A stretch of 64,000 bases of DNA from Octopus sinensis (lineage: Eukaryota), in assembly GCF_006345805.1 (NCBI RefSeq), contig NC_043009.1, positions 22,940,001 to 23,004,000 on the forward strand, in the 5' to 3' direction. Under the pieces are notes generated by a model. The model was not told the origin of the DNA. It did no database searches and was given only the letters and a program-made list of their open reading frames with translations. Position 1 is the first letter of the stretch. Every line of letters begins with the position of its first letter. Position numbers and translations under genes: made by a program. Shown here in pieces: positions 1-12,100 of this stretch.

Positions 1-1237
1 TATTTCCATAAATGGTTCACCTCGCAACACACTATTCTTTAACTTTTACTTGCTTCTGTCATTAGATTGTGGCCATGCTGGGACACCACTTTTTAGGATT
101 TAGTCCCAAACATTGACCCCCTCCAGCCCTGGTTACCTATTCTACTGATCATTTGCGGAACTCTAAGTGATAGGGTTGAGCGTAAACAAACCAACACCAG
201 TTGACAAGCAGTAGTGGGGAACACAGCACACACACATCATCATCGTTTAATGTCCTCCTTCCATGCTGGCATGGGTTGGATGGTTTGACAGGAGCTGGCC
301 AGGCAGGAGCCTGTGCCATGCATCTGTATCAGCATGCTTCTTATGGCTGGATGCCCTTCCTGACACCAACCACTCCATAGATTGGGCTGAATGCTATTTA
401 CATGGCACTTGCACAGGTGAGGTTAGGTTTGGCATGGTTTTTACAGTTGGATGCCCTTCCAAATGCCAACCACTTTACAGTGTGGACTGGTTGCTTTATA
501 AGTAACACCTACACTGGTAGGGTCACCAAGTGACTTCCCAAGACAAAGAGTCTTTGAGAAGGGAGGGGGAATTGGAGGTGGTGATCTTGTGTCAGATGAT
601 GAAAGATTAGAATGCAACAGAGAGGCAGAAACAGATGTCTTGCTGCAGAGGAGGTCTATGGTTACCCAGCCAGAGAGAGAAGAGAAAGAGAGCAAGAGTT
701 AACAAGAATGAGGGTAAGGGTTCTTTAAGTTTCTGTCTGCCAAATCCACTCACCAGGCTTTGGTCAGCCCAGGGGTGTAATAGAAGACATGTACCTATGG
801 AGCCAAGCAGTAGGACTGAATCCAAGACCATATGGTTGGGAAACAAGCTTCTTAACCACAAAGCTACGCTTGCACCTAGTAATTTCTATAGATTTTTCAA
901 ATCAAAGAATTTCAAGAACAAAACTTAAAATATTTACATCTCATGAATTGGAATGAAATAAAACAAAATTGTTCTTACATGCATTCAGTCTTGCCTTCTG
1001 ATATTTAATATGCTTCAATTAGCTCCATAAGGTTTACACAAATTATGAAATAATAAATTCATAGTGCATACGTATCTGCAGAGCAGATCATTAAATGCCT
1101 GACTATAAATGTATTGAGAAACAATTTTATTTATTATATGAAAGATAATTTTCAAGGAAAAATCTATGAAGTAGAATATATATATTCATTAAAAAACAAT
1201 TATTGAACACTTGTAGCTGCTTTTCAGCCTGAGTAAC

Positions 1238-1644
1238 ATATATATATATAATATATATATATATATACATACACACAAATATATATATATACATATACAC
1301 ATACACACAAATATATATATATACATATACACATACATATATATACATATACATACACACATACATATATATACATATACATACACACATACATATATAT
1401 ATATGCATACATACACACATACATATATATATATACATACATACACACATACATATATATATATACATACATACACACATACATATATATATATATACAT
1501 ATACACACACACATATATATATATACACACACACATACATATATATATATATAAATACATATACATATACACATACATATATATAAATACATATACATAC
1601 ACACATATATATAAATACATATACATACACACATATATATACAC

Positions 1645-1679
<35 letters not shown>

Positions 1680-1729
1680 CATATACACACACAAATATAT
1701 ATATATATACATACATATATATATATATC
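1238..1729. repeat. Compound (TA)n/(TACA)n/(CA)n microsatellite with a ~30-bp higher-order unit
   Basis: Direct reading; the overlapping YI/CV-rich ORFs are artefacts of it. Confidence 0.95.
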
Positions 1730-2016
1730 ACGTGACCGACCAGACCATCAGAAGATGTTGTTACACATCGCTGGTCAGAATGCGTTCGCATTGTTTTAGC
1801 CTTCGAATGACGCCACCCCGCTGGCTAAGCGAGCAGACCAACAGAAGAAAGAGCGGTGAAAGAGTACAGCAGGGATCACCACCCCCTGCCTGAGCCTCAT
1901 GGAGCTTTTAGGTGTTTTCGCTCAATAAACACTCACAACGCCCTGTCTGGGAATCGAAACCGCGATCCTGCGACAGCGAGTCCGCTGCCCTAACCACTAG
2001 GCCATTGCGCCTCCAC
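1730..2016 (-). mobile_element. tRNA-derived SINE (octopus OK/OR-type head)
   Basis: Reverse complement starts GTGGAGGCGCAATGGCCTAGTGGTTAGGGCAGCGGAC...GGTTTCGATTCCC (A and B boxes), followed by a non-tRNA body; the same head occurs at 18303 on +. Confidence 0.8.
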
Positions 2017-2056
2017 ACATATATATATACATACATACATATATATATATATTAAT

Positions 2057-3559
2057 CATCATCATCATCATTTAGCGTCCGCTTTCCATGCTAGCATGGG
2101 TTGGACGGTTCAACTGGGGTCTAGGAAGCCAGAAGGCTGCACCAGGCCCAGTCTGATCTGGCAATGTTTCTACGGCTGGATGCCCTTCCTAACGCCAATC
2201 ACTCCGTGAGTGTAGTGGGTGCTTTTTACGTACCACCGGCACAGGTGCCAGGTGGGGCTGCCAAACGGCCACGGACAGATGGTGCTTTTTACGTGCCACT
2301 GACACGGGGGCTAGGCGATGCTGGCAACGGCCACAATCGGATGGCGCTTTTTTACGTCTCACCGGCACGGAGGTCAGTCGGGGCGGTGCTGGCAATGGCC
2401 ACGATCGGATGGTTCGCTTACATTCCACCGGCACTGGTATCACAGCTGCAATTTCCATTGATGTTGATCGACTTCGACTTTGGTTCTGATTTCTGATTTC
2501 CACTTTCCTCAACGGGTCTTCACAAGTGGAGTTTTGTGTCCCAAGAAGGAAAGGTATGCATAAGTGGACTGGCTACATCCCAGGTAGAGGCTACGGGTTA
2601 TGATCTCACTAGTCCTGCCGGGTCTTCTCACGCACAGCATATTTCCATAGGTCTCGGTCTCAGGTCATTTCCTTGGTGAGACCTAAAGTTCGAAGGTCGT
2701 GCTTCACCACCTCGTCCCAGGTTTTCCTGGGTCTACCTCTTCCACAGGTTCCCTCAACCGCTAGGGTGTGGCACTTTTTCACACAACTATCTTCATCCAT
2801 TCTCGTCACATGACCATAACAGCGCAAACGTCTCTCTTGCACATCACAACTGATGCTTCTTAGGTCCAGCTTTTCTCTCAAGGTACTTACACTCTGTCGA
2901 GTATGAACACTGACATTACACATCCATCTGAGCATACTGGCTTCATTTCTTGCGAGCTTACGCATATCCTCAGCAGTCACGGCCCATGTTTCACTACCAT
3001 GTAGCATGGCTGTTCGTACACATGCATCATATAGTCTGCCTTTTACTCTGAGCGAGAGGCCTTTTGTCACCAGCAGGGGTAAGAGCTCTCTGAACTTTGC
3101 CCAAGCTATTCTTACTCTAGCAGTTACACTTTAAGCACACCCAACCCCGCTACTGACTTGGTCACCTAGGTAACGGAAGCTATCAGCTACTTCTAGTTTT
3201 TCTCCCTGGAATGTGGTAGAAGTTGGTCTCTGCACATTTTCAGTGTTTATTGCTCCTGAGAACCTGCCACAAACAAAAACTATCTTCCTAGTTAGCCTTC
3301 CTTTGACATTGCTGCACCTCTTATGTGTCCATAGCTTACACTTGGTGCATCGTATAGTTTCTACCTACACCTTTTCTACAGATCGAGCAGGGCCATCTAT
3401 CTGAAGGCGTTTGTGATTTGTCAACCTTTCTACTTATTAGGACTTTGGTTTTAGCTAGGTTGATTCTAAGGCCCTTCGATTCTAATCCTTGCTTCCACAC
3501 CTGAAACTTTTCCTGCAGTTCTGATCAGTGGTGCTTTTCCTTGGCACGAAACCAAACTG

Positions 3560-3563
<4 letters not shown>
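2057..3563 (-). mobile_element. RTE-clade LINE, 5'-truncated and internally deleted
   Basis: QFGFVPRKSTTD is joined to ELQEKFQVWKQGLESKGLRINLAKTKVL, followed by the RT C-terminus LYDACVRTAMLHGSETWA...RRLRCYGHV...GRGRPRKTW, a 3'UTR with ~45-nt tandem repeats and an (ATG)n tail. Confidence 0.88.
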
Positions 3564-3596
<33 letters not shown>

Positions 3597-3633
3597 CATA
3601 TATATATATATATATATACATATATACATATAC

Positions 3634-3667
<34 letters not shown>

Positions 3668-3692
3668 ATATACATATATATATATATACATA
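3562..3692. repeat. (TA)n/(TACA)n microsatellite running into an assembly gap
   Basis: Direct reading. Confidence 0.9.
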
Positions 3693-3792
3693 NNNNNNNN
3701 NNNNNNNNNNNNNNNNNNNNNNNNNNNNNNNNNNNNNNNNNNNNNNNNNNNNNNNNNNNNNNNNNNNNNNNNNNNNNNNNNNNNNNNNNNNN
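3693..3792. other. Assembly gap (100 N)
   Basis: Exactly 100 Ns, typical of a placeholder scaffold join. Confidence 0.98.
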
Positions 3793-4304
3793 CAAAGCCA
3801 TGTGAGTGTTCTAGTAATTAGAATAGAGAATACATTGGTGTTTATTTGCTATTGTGTAAAGCTGTAGAGAATCCCTAGCAATGTTACATTTAAGCCTGTT
3901 TATTTTAATTGACAAAAAATACCTAAGAAAGGAAGTTTGGATAAACCTCTTTGCCCCTCTCTCTTTCTCTCTCTCTCACATTTACTATTAATGGTTTATG
4001 TAAGGCAGCGGGCTGGCAGAATCGTAACCATGCAGGCCAAAATGCTTAGCATTTCTTTCAGCTTTACGTTCTGTGTTCAAATTCTGCCAATGTCAATTCT
4101 GCCTTTCATCCTTTCAGGGTGGATGAAATAAGCACCAGTTAAGTACTGGGATCAATGGAATTAACTAACTGTTCTTCAAAAATTTCAGGCCTTGTGCGTT
4201 ATTATGGTTTGTTTTTGTTAATGTTAAAGCTTACTTGTGTGTATGTATGTGTGTGTGTCTGTATATATATATATATATATAATGTTTTCTCTTATTTTCT
4301 CCAG

Positions 4305-7300
4305 CAATTTGATTTCCATGCTTTAGAGGAAGCTACTGAATATGATGGTGGGTTTACAAATGACTCTCCTACCATAAGGTTGGTGTAAATGTTTATCAGT
4401 TTGTTTTTTTTCTTCAGGGATGCACGCATACATAAAAAAAAAAAGACTCCGCCGGTTACGACGACGAGGGTCCCAGCTGATACGATCAACGGAACAGCTT
4501 GCTCGTGAAATTAACGTGCAAATGGCTGAGCATTCCACAGACACGTGTACCCTTAACGTAGTTCTCGGGGATAATCAGCGTGACACAGAGAGTGACAAGG
4601 CTGACCCTTTGAAATACAAGTACAACTCATTTTTGCCAGCTGAGTGGACTGGAGCAACGTGAAATAAAGTGTCTTGCTCAAGGACACAACGCGTCGCCGG
4701 GAATCAAACTCACAACCTTACGATCATGAGCCGAATGCCCTAACCACTAAGCCACGCGCCCTCACAACGCATACATACATATATTACATACTTAAGAAGA
4801 TTCCTGTCTGAAGTGGGACTGAACCTGAAACTGGGTGGGAAGCAAATTTCTTAACCACATAGCTGTGTGTGTATGTATGTGTATGATTTGATTTTGATTT
4901 TGATTTTTCCAGTTTCAGCTTATGAGCTGTGGCCATGCTGGGGCACCGCCATTTGGTGTTGCTACTTGGTTTCACTTCATGAAGGCTTTCTAGCAACTGC
5001 TATTTGGTGCATGAGAGAGTTCGATGCAGCTGCCCTCATCTGCCCCTCCTGCCGTGAAGTTGGTTCATCTGGGACACCTGACAGGAAGAGATCCAGCTTC
5101 ATTTTAAAGACATTTGTGTCCAATCCATGCAGGTCTCTCAGGTTCTTCGGGAGGATATTGAAGAGCTGTGGGCCTCGGAAGCCCAGGCTATCACAGAATC
5201 TTGTCCTACATCTTGATGGCAAGTTTGGAGTCCTAGGCACCACGCAGTGGCGCCCAGTTCTGGCGTTTGTGTAACTCTCGATGCCAAAGTTCAGGACACT
5301 TCCCTCCAGGATCTTCCAGATGTATATATGGCTATCTTCCTGCCTACGCTCCAGGGAATATAATTTTAATCTCTTGAGTCTTTCCCAGTAGCTTACATTC
5401 TGCATAGAGGCTATCTTCTTCGTGTAGCTTCGTTGGATCGCCTCAAGTTCTGTGATCAACTTGACACTGGATGGTGACCATAGCTGAGAGCAATAGTCAA
5501 AGTGACTTAGGACAAGTGTCTTCCAGAGGACCATCATGGTTTCTTGTTCTCTTGTTCTAAAGGTTCTAAGAATCCATCCAGCCAGCCGTCTGCATTTCAT
5601 TGTCAGTTTAGCAACATGTACATGAAAGGTCGCGTCATCACTCATGTGAATACCCAGGTCACGCACTGATTGTGCCTCTGGGATTGCAATCCCTCCGGGT
5701 CCAGTGTATTCATTGGGTATTGCATTCAGTTTTGCATGCTGATAGTATAAAGCTTGAAACTTTCCAGCATTGAACTGCATGCTATGTGTAATTGTACATA
5801 TCATTATTTAATGTCTACTTTCCATGCTGGCATGGGTTGGACGGTTTGACTGAGATCTGGAAAGCCAGCAGCTGCACCAGGCTCCATTCTGATCTGGCAA
5901 TATTTCTACAGCTGGATGCCCTTACTAATGCCAACCACTCCAAGAATGTAGTGGGTGCATTTTACATAGCACTGGCACGGGGGCCAGTCGGGGTGTACTG
6001 GCATCGGCCATGTTTGGATGGTGCTTTTTACATGTCACCAGTACGGGAGCCAGCCAGGGGGTACTGGCATTGGCTACATTTGGATTGTGCTTTTTATGTG
6101 CCACTGGCATGAGAGGTAGTCAGGTGGACCCTGGCATCGACCACGTTCAGATGGTGCTTTTTATGTACCACCAGCACGGGGCACTGGCCACAGCTACGAT
6201 TTTGGTTTTGACTTAACAGGTCTTCTCAAGCATATCATATTGACTGATGCATCAGGTGTACTCTTAAGTGGGCTGGACATGCAATGCTGGCATTGGCTGC
6301 GATTTCACTTTAGTTGCTGGGTTTTCTCAATCACAGCATATCTCCAAAGGCCTCGGTCTCCTGTCACTGCCTCTGTGAGGCCTAATTTTTGATGGTCATG
6401 CTTCACCACTTCATCCCATGTCTTCCTGGGTCTACCTCTTCCACAGTTAGTGAGTGACACCTTCTCACACAGCTGTCCTCATCCATACGTAACATATGGC
6501 CATACCAGCACTGTCGTCGCTGTCTTGCACACCACATTTGATGCTTCTTATGCTCAACTATTCTCCCAGGACGCTTATACTCTGTCGTGTATGCACACTG
6601 ACATTACACATCCAGCGGATCATACCAGCTTCATTTCTTTCAAGCCCACGCATGTTCTCAGCAGTCTGGCCGTGTAGCATGGCAGTATCTGTGTGTGTGT
6701 GTGTGTGTTACTGTCTCCTTGCCTTGACATCACATAAGTTACAAACAAGTGTCACTGTCATGAGGGAAATATTACCTTACTTGGAAACAGGTGAGAGTTG
6801 GCAACAAGAAGTGTACCCTGCCTTCAACAAATTGTCTGACCCCATGCAAGTATGGAAAAGTGGACATTAAAAAATGATGAAGAGTAACATATATATACAA
6901 AAATACACACAAAGAATTATAAAAACAAGAGAAACTATATTTTAATTTCCAATATTTTTATTGTTATTATTATTATTATTATTATTCCTATATATATGTA
7001 TTATATATAGAAACCAAGATAAAAATAAAAAAAAATAAGGCATTTCTCTGTTATTGTCTGATGTCTCTCTATCAAGCTTCCTGCTTGGCAAACATGGAAT
7101 GCCGCTGACCAAAGACAAATAGAAAACATTAAACTCTACTGGACTCTTTCAGACTTGACAACAACAGATCATTGCAGACAACACATAAATGATCATGGAG
7201 CATGCATTGGTGGTGGAGGTGGTGGTAGTATTGATGGGGAATGTGATGAGGACAACGACAATTATGATGATTTGAGTGTTGTTGGTTTGGGAATATATAT

Positions 7301-9151
7301 CTTGCCTCAGCTCCAGTCAGCTTTACTTAAATACTAAAATAGCAATATGTAAGGGGAAAGAAAACAAATATTTATTGGATTTTTTTTAAAGCTTATTTAA
7401 GGGTTAGGCATGTTTTGATAAAAGAAAAAATTCTGTGACATTATGTACATATATATAAATATATATTGTAACCATGTTGGTTTGGGTTCAGTCCCACTGT
7501 GCAGCACCTTGGGCAAGTGTCTTCTATTATAGCCCCAGGAAAACCAATGCCTATGAGTAAATTTGCCAACCACTCTGAGAGTGTAGTGGGTGCCTTTTAC
7601 GTTCCACCAGCACAGGAGCCAGCCAGTCTGGCGGGCCTGTCATTGATCATGTTCTGATAGTGCTTTTTATGTGTATGTACATATGTACGTGCATATATAT
7701 ATATATATAGATACACACACACACACATTCACAAATGCTTGCAATACATTATTTAAAAATAACCTATTTTCTCTCTTTACTTTTCCCTAAACACTAAATT
7801 TCTGCTACTGTATTTGTCAGCCATTCATACATGAATTAACTCTGAAATAAATGTTTTGTTTTGTCAACAGGAACTTCTGGTCTGTGGTACATGATTTCAC
7901 TGAAGAACAACAGAGGAAATTATTACAGTTCACCACAGGGACGGACAGAGTTCCAATAGGTGGCCTCTCTAAAGTTAAGTTAATTATTGCCCGCAATGGT
8001 CCAGATTCTGACCGGTGAGTCTTGGGAACACTCTTTTCTAAGATACTGTGTGTGTTTATGATTGTATCATTCAAGTGTGTGTACGTGTGACATGCATATC
8101 AGTGCTCATGTGTTTCTGTCAGACTTGCTTTTGTCTTGATTGAAAAAAGTTGTTTTTTTTACTTTCATTGTGGTCTTTAACTTTCACTGAGCTGATTAAA
8201 TTTTTGCTGGGGTTTTTAATATACTAATTAATCATATGCAGATTAATTCTTACAACCTTTTTTTATTGACCAATAAAAATAAAAATGTGTATACTACATT
8301 CTGTGACTCTCACTTTCCTATCCTTCCTTGTCCTACTGGGGTAGCCAAGTATCTCCTCTTAGTATGATAACTATCTGTCCCTTTATCAGTGTGACAGCAT
8401 GGGAGGCCGGCATTAAATGAGTATGTGTGTGTGTGTGTATGAATGAATGAAATCTCCTGATGTTATCAACCAGGCTGTTGGATGTTATACATCACTGGTC
8501 ACAATGTGCTTTGCTGGTTAGGTGCTCAGGCCAGCATTCCACCTGATTGGAAAGCCAGTCTGCCACAGAGTTACCCATTCACAAGTGAGTGAACTGGAGC
8601 AGTGTGAAATGCAATGTTTTGCCCAAGAACACATGTAGTTCAGGCCAGGAATTGAACCCACAATCTAGCAATCGTGAGTGCAACACCCTAACCACTAGGT
8701 CATGACAGAAGTCTACACCAGGCTACTGTGTCAGTTTTGGCATGGCTTTTATAACTGGATGCTCTTCCTAAAACCAACCACTCTGCAGAGATATATATCA
8801 AAAATAAACTCACATATGCTGTGTAATAACGATGTATAACAATTGATTTTTAGTGAAAGCATTAACATTCTAATTTTGATAGAATGTTTTCTAAGTTTTA
8901 TAGTTTTGATGTTGGTATAGTCTGTATGAATGAAGTGATTTTTGAAATTATTTGTGACAAAAAAAGCAAACTTCTTTTTTCAAATTATTTCCCATCAACA
9001 ATCTATTTAAAAAAAATTTTTTTTTTTCAGACTCCCTACATCTCATACCTGTTTTAATGTTTTGTTACTACCTGACTATTCCAATCGGGAAAAACTGCAA
9101 GACCGACTCACGAAAGCCATTAACTATTCCAAAGGTTTTGGAATGCTGTGA
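4305..9151 (+). CDS. UBE3A: HECT-domain E3 ubiquitin ligase UBE3A/E6AP, last three coding exons (5'-incomplete)
   Basis: Exons 4305-4378 ([26 protein letters not shown]|gttggt), 7871-8014 ([50 protein letters not shown]|gtgagt) and 9031-9151 ([40 protein letters not shown]). All junctions are AG/GT and phase-compatible. The catalytic PTSHTCFN motif and the KGFGML terminus match E6AP. Confidence 0.96.
4445..4765 (-). mobile_element. tRNA-headed CORE-type SINE
   Basis: Reverse complement has a tRNA-like head followed by GTTGTGTCCTTGAGCAAGACACTTTATTTCACGTTGCTCCAGTCCACTCAGCTGG (CORE-like block). Relatives lie near 8500-8700, 14830-15250 and 25230-25540. Confidence 0.75.
4950..5804 (-). mobile_element. 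CR1/L2-group LINE, 5'-truncated ORF2 C-terminus
   Basis: Open 275-aa frame containing [63 protein letters not shown]. Confidence 0.88.
5805..6680 (-). mobile_element. Decayed RTE LINE 3' fragment with tandem-repeat 3'UTR
   Basis: Alignable to 2070-3010 (catcccatgtcttcctgggtctacctcttccacag; gatgcccttactaatgccaaccact). Confidence 0.8.
5929..7565. repeat. 1.6-kb near-identical direct duplication, copy A (UBE3A intron)
   Basis: Matches 21210-22820 apart from one 26-bp indel and about 4 small differences; identical duplicated ORFs appear in the track (6450/21704, 6496/21750, 7155/22409). Confidence 0.93.
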
Positions 9152-12100
9152 AACAAACTATAAAAACAAACAAAAAAAAAAAGGACAAAGAACAAAAAGC
9201 AAACAAAAAAACAAAACAGAGTCAAAAATAAACCCTCCCTCCCCTCCATTTTTTTCTCCTCTCCCTGAAGTATTAACTTTCAGCAAGTGCAACTAGTTGA
9301 AACTACCACCACAACCAATGCTATCATACCGTCACCGCCATCACCACTATAACTACTACTACTACTACCATAACAGTTACTAATATAATTACTACTACTA
9401 CCTGAAGATCTTCAAGACCTGTTAATTCATTGTGGAGACCGAATTTCTAGCAGTGCTACCATTTTACAGTTCTGACGATGACGATGATGACTACAACAAC
9501 ACAAGAAAACAAAGAAATGTGTTTTAATATCTCTTGGGAAAAAAAAAAAATCTTTGTTGCAATGCATTCCCTCTCCTACCCCATCTCCCTCTCTTTGCTT
9601 TTTATTGCTGCTTAATATTCCAAAATATTTTTAGCTGCTTGTGTTTACACATTTCTGTTGATGCGTGTGTGTGTGTGTGTGTGTGTGAATGTGATAGCAT
9701 TTGTGTGGGTGGTTCAATCACAGTTGGTAGGAATTTGCTGTGAGTATGCTTTTCTGTATGCAAGGGAAAACAAGACTCAAAAAGTAAGCATCTGGATTAT
9801 TCAAGGTTTCCAATCAGCTCCAAATTCCTAGCATATGCCAAGCAGGTACTTTATTTTCATGTATGATTTTATATCTGCATGCACACGTGTGTATGTACGT
9901 ATGTATGGCATTTTAAACAGGCAGTGTTACATATGTGCCTCAAAGAAGGGCTGAGATGTTCATGCATGGCATTTTTTACTTTCTGCTGATTAATGCATTC
10001 AAACACATACACACACTCATTTATACACACACACACACACACATACACCTGTATATATATTCATGTATTGAGATTTATCTTGTTTGTTTTACAAAATAGA
10101 CATACATATATATATGTGTGTGTATAATGTGGAAGAGGAGTAATAGTTCAGTTATTAATATTATTATGAATGACACCATATAGCTCTTGTGTTGTCAAGT
10201 GCATGTTACAATTTTGATCCTGCATTAGAAGTCTATTTGTTTCCCTTAGGCACTGCCCCCCCCCCCTCCTTCATAGGGGAATGCAGGGACCTTATACAAC
10301 TTCCCATTATCCACCCTTAAAAATGAAGGGTTATTTTGCCTGGTTAAAAGACACTATTATATTGATGATGATGATAATAACGATGATGTTGCTATCAACT
10401 ATAGCATGGGAATGAGGTTGAACTGGAGAAGCATTGTTGCCATTAAAAATAATTTATTAAAGATGAATTGGTAAAAGTAAATGAATGAGTTGATAAATTA
10501 CTAGCCTACCAAGTCATGGTTCACAGGTTCAGTTATTATTAGCTGTAGGTGTTTTTGTTCCTGAAGAGAACACTTCTGCATGACTTCACTCATTCACCTA
10601 ACTGAGGGAATAACTACTGGATTGTTTATAGGAGAGTAAAAGTTATCTGCTGCAGACTTGCATCTTATTCTGGGAAGGGAGATCAGATTTCTGTCTTGTA
10701 CACCTCGGGCTATAGAATCCAGAGTTAAACACAATACTTGTTACTCTGGAAAGGATTGCTTTTAATTTTTGATTTAAATATCTGGAACTAGAGAGTATGG
10801 TGTGAACAGGATGAGTTTATCAGACATTATTGAAGAAGCCAAGAGAGGTTACCTGTAGTTGTTGTTTAGTCTCAGGTCAGAGATCTGAGCTGTTCAAAGG
10901 AATTCTAACCACAACATCTCGTGTTTTTATACACCCAGGTCTACATTATTGGATATAGGGGTTTTTTATTTTATTTGCTAAAGCTGATTGGGTTATGGCT
11001 TAGGGGAGTTTAGATAGTGTTTAGTTGGTCATACAACCATGTGGAAGATCTCTTGGAGGTTGGCAGCTGTTCAGAACTTGTCACAAGTGCTGCACTGTGT
11101 CAATAAGCAATGGCTTGATCCACCTCAAAAAATAGCTATGAAAGGCAGGGTTATCACAACAACCTCGCTGTAAGTAGTGGTTTGTTGGCATCAAGTGATG
11201 AGTTTGAGTTGTCTTCAGGTGCTGCAGCCAGGTAACAATCTGGATCTTACTGGTCACATGTAGGAGTCAATGGTGTGGTGGTGAAGATCACCCTCTGATG
11301 GATACCACTGGCTCAGATTAAGTAACAGATCTGGAACCTGGAAGTTCTCTTGTAATTAAATCCCACACCCTAACATCCACTGCTTGATTACTGCTATTAC
11401 TACCATCACCACTCTCATCCTCTCACTGCCACCACCAATATTGCTACTACTGTAGTCCTCATTACTGCTGCCCCTGCTTAATGTGGTCACTGATATTTTA
11501 TTCATGCTTCTCCTCCCCCCACTCCTCACTTCCCCACATCTGGCCATATTACAGTGAATAGAAGACTTGGATTCCTGACTAGTTGATATCAAGTTTGCAG
11601 TTTTTCACTTCCTAGTTGGGGGATGGTGGTGGGGTGAGGTACTTTATATTGTTTTTAATTTTCAGTTTAGTCATCCCCACCCTGCCCCTTCACCCTACTC
11701 ACATTGGAGAATGAACTAATGAATATCACAACATCACATTTCTCTTCCACCCACCACCACTACCACCACCCTGGAAATTTAAAGTTGTGTTGTGTGCTCA
11801 TGTTCTTTAACCATTGTGGTCAAGACCATACTGGAGCACCTGTCAAATCCATTTCTGTTACAATTGCTGCTTGTTTCTTTGTTTTTATTTCTCTTCCTCC
11901 TCCCTTACATACTACACACACACATACACTCACAGAAAAACCTTCATAAAACCTAATTTAATGGCATGAACATCACAACTGACCATTTCTTCCCCCTTGT
12001 CCTCCTCCTCTTTTTTTTCTTTTTTTTTTTTAAATAAAATCTTTACCTTCATGCCTGTGTAAGAAATATTATTACTTCTTTTGCATGTGTATGCATGCAG

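Noticed and set aside
1127-1791. Long ORFs rich in Y/I/C/V or H/T (also 3466-3867, 56364-57490)
   Set aside because: Translations of (TA)n/(CA)n microsatellites; no coding signal.
1930-2016. tRNA-like sequence
   Set aside because: It continues into a SINE body, and the same head occurs at 18303; a SINE head, not a tRNA gene.
3793-3810. GTGAGT donor-like motif right after the gap, possibly the end of the preceding UBE3A exon
   Set aside because: The preceding bases (CAAAGCCAT) do not translate to the expected ...CGS end in a compatible phase; it cannot be evaluated across the gap.
6450-7337. Identical ORFs repeated at 21704-22591
   Set aside because: They result from the 1.6-kb duplication and antisense reading of an RTE remnant or low-complexity sequence, not from a gene.
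11615-11700. G-rich tract followed by a C-rich tract (possible hairpin or G4)
   Set aside because: Pairing is short and irregular, not distinguishable from chance.
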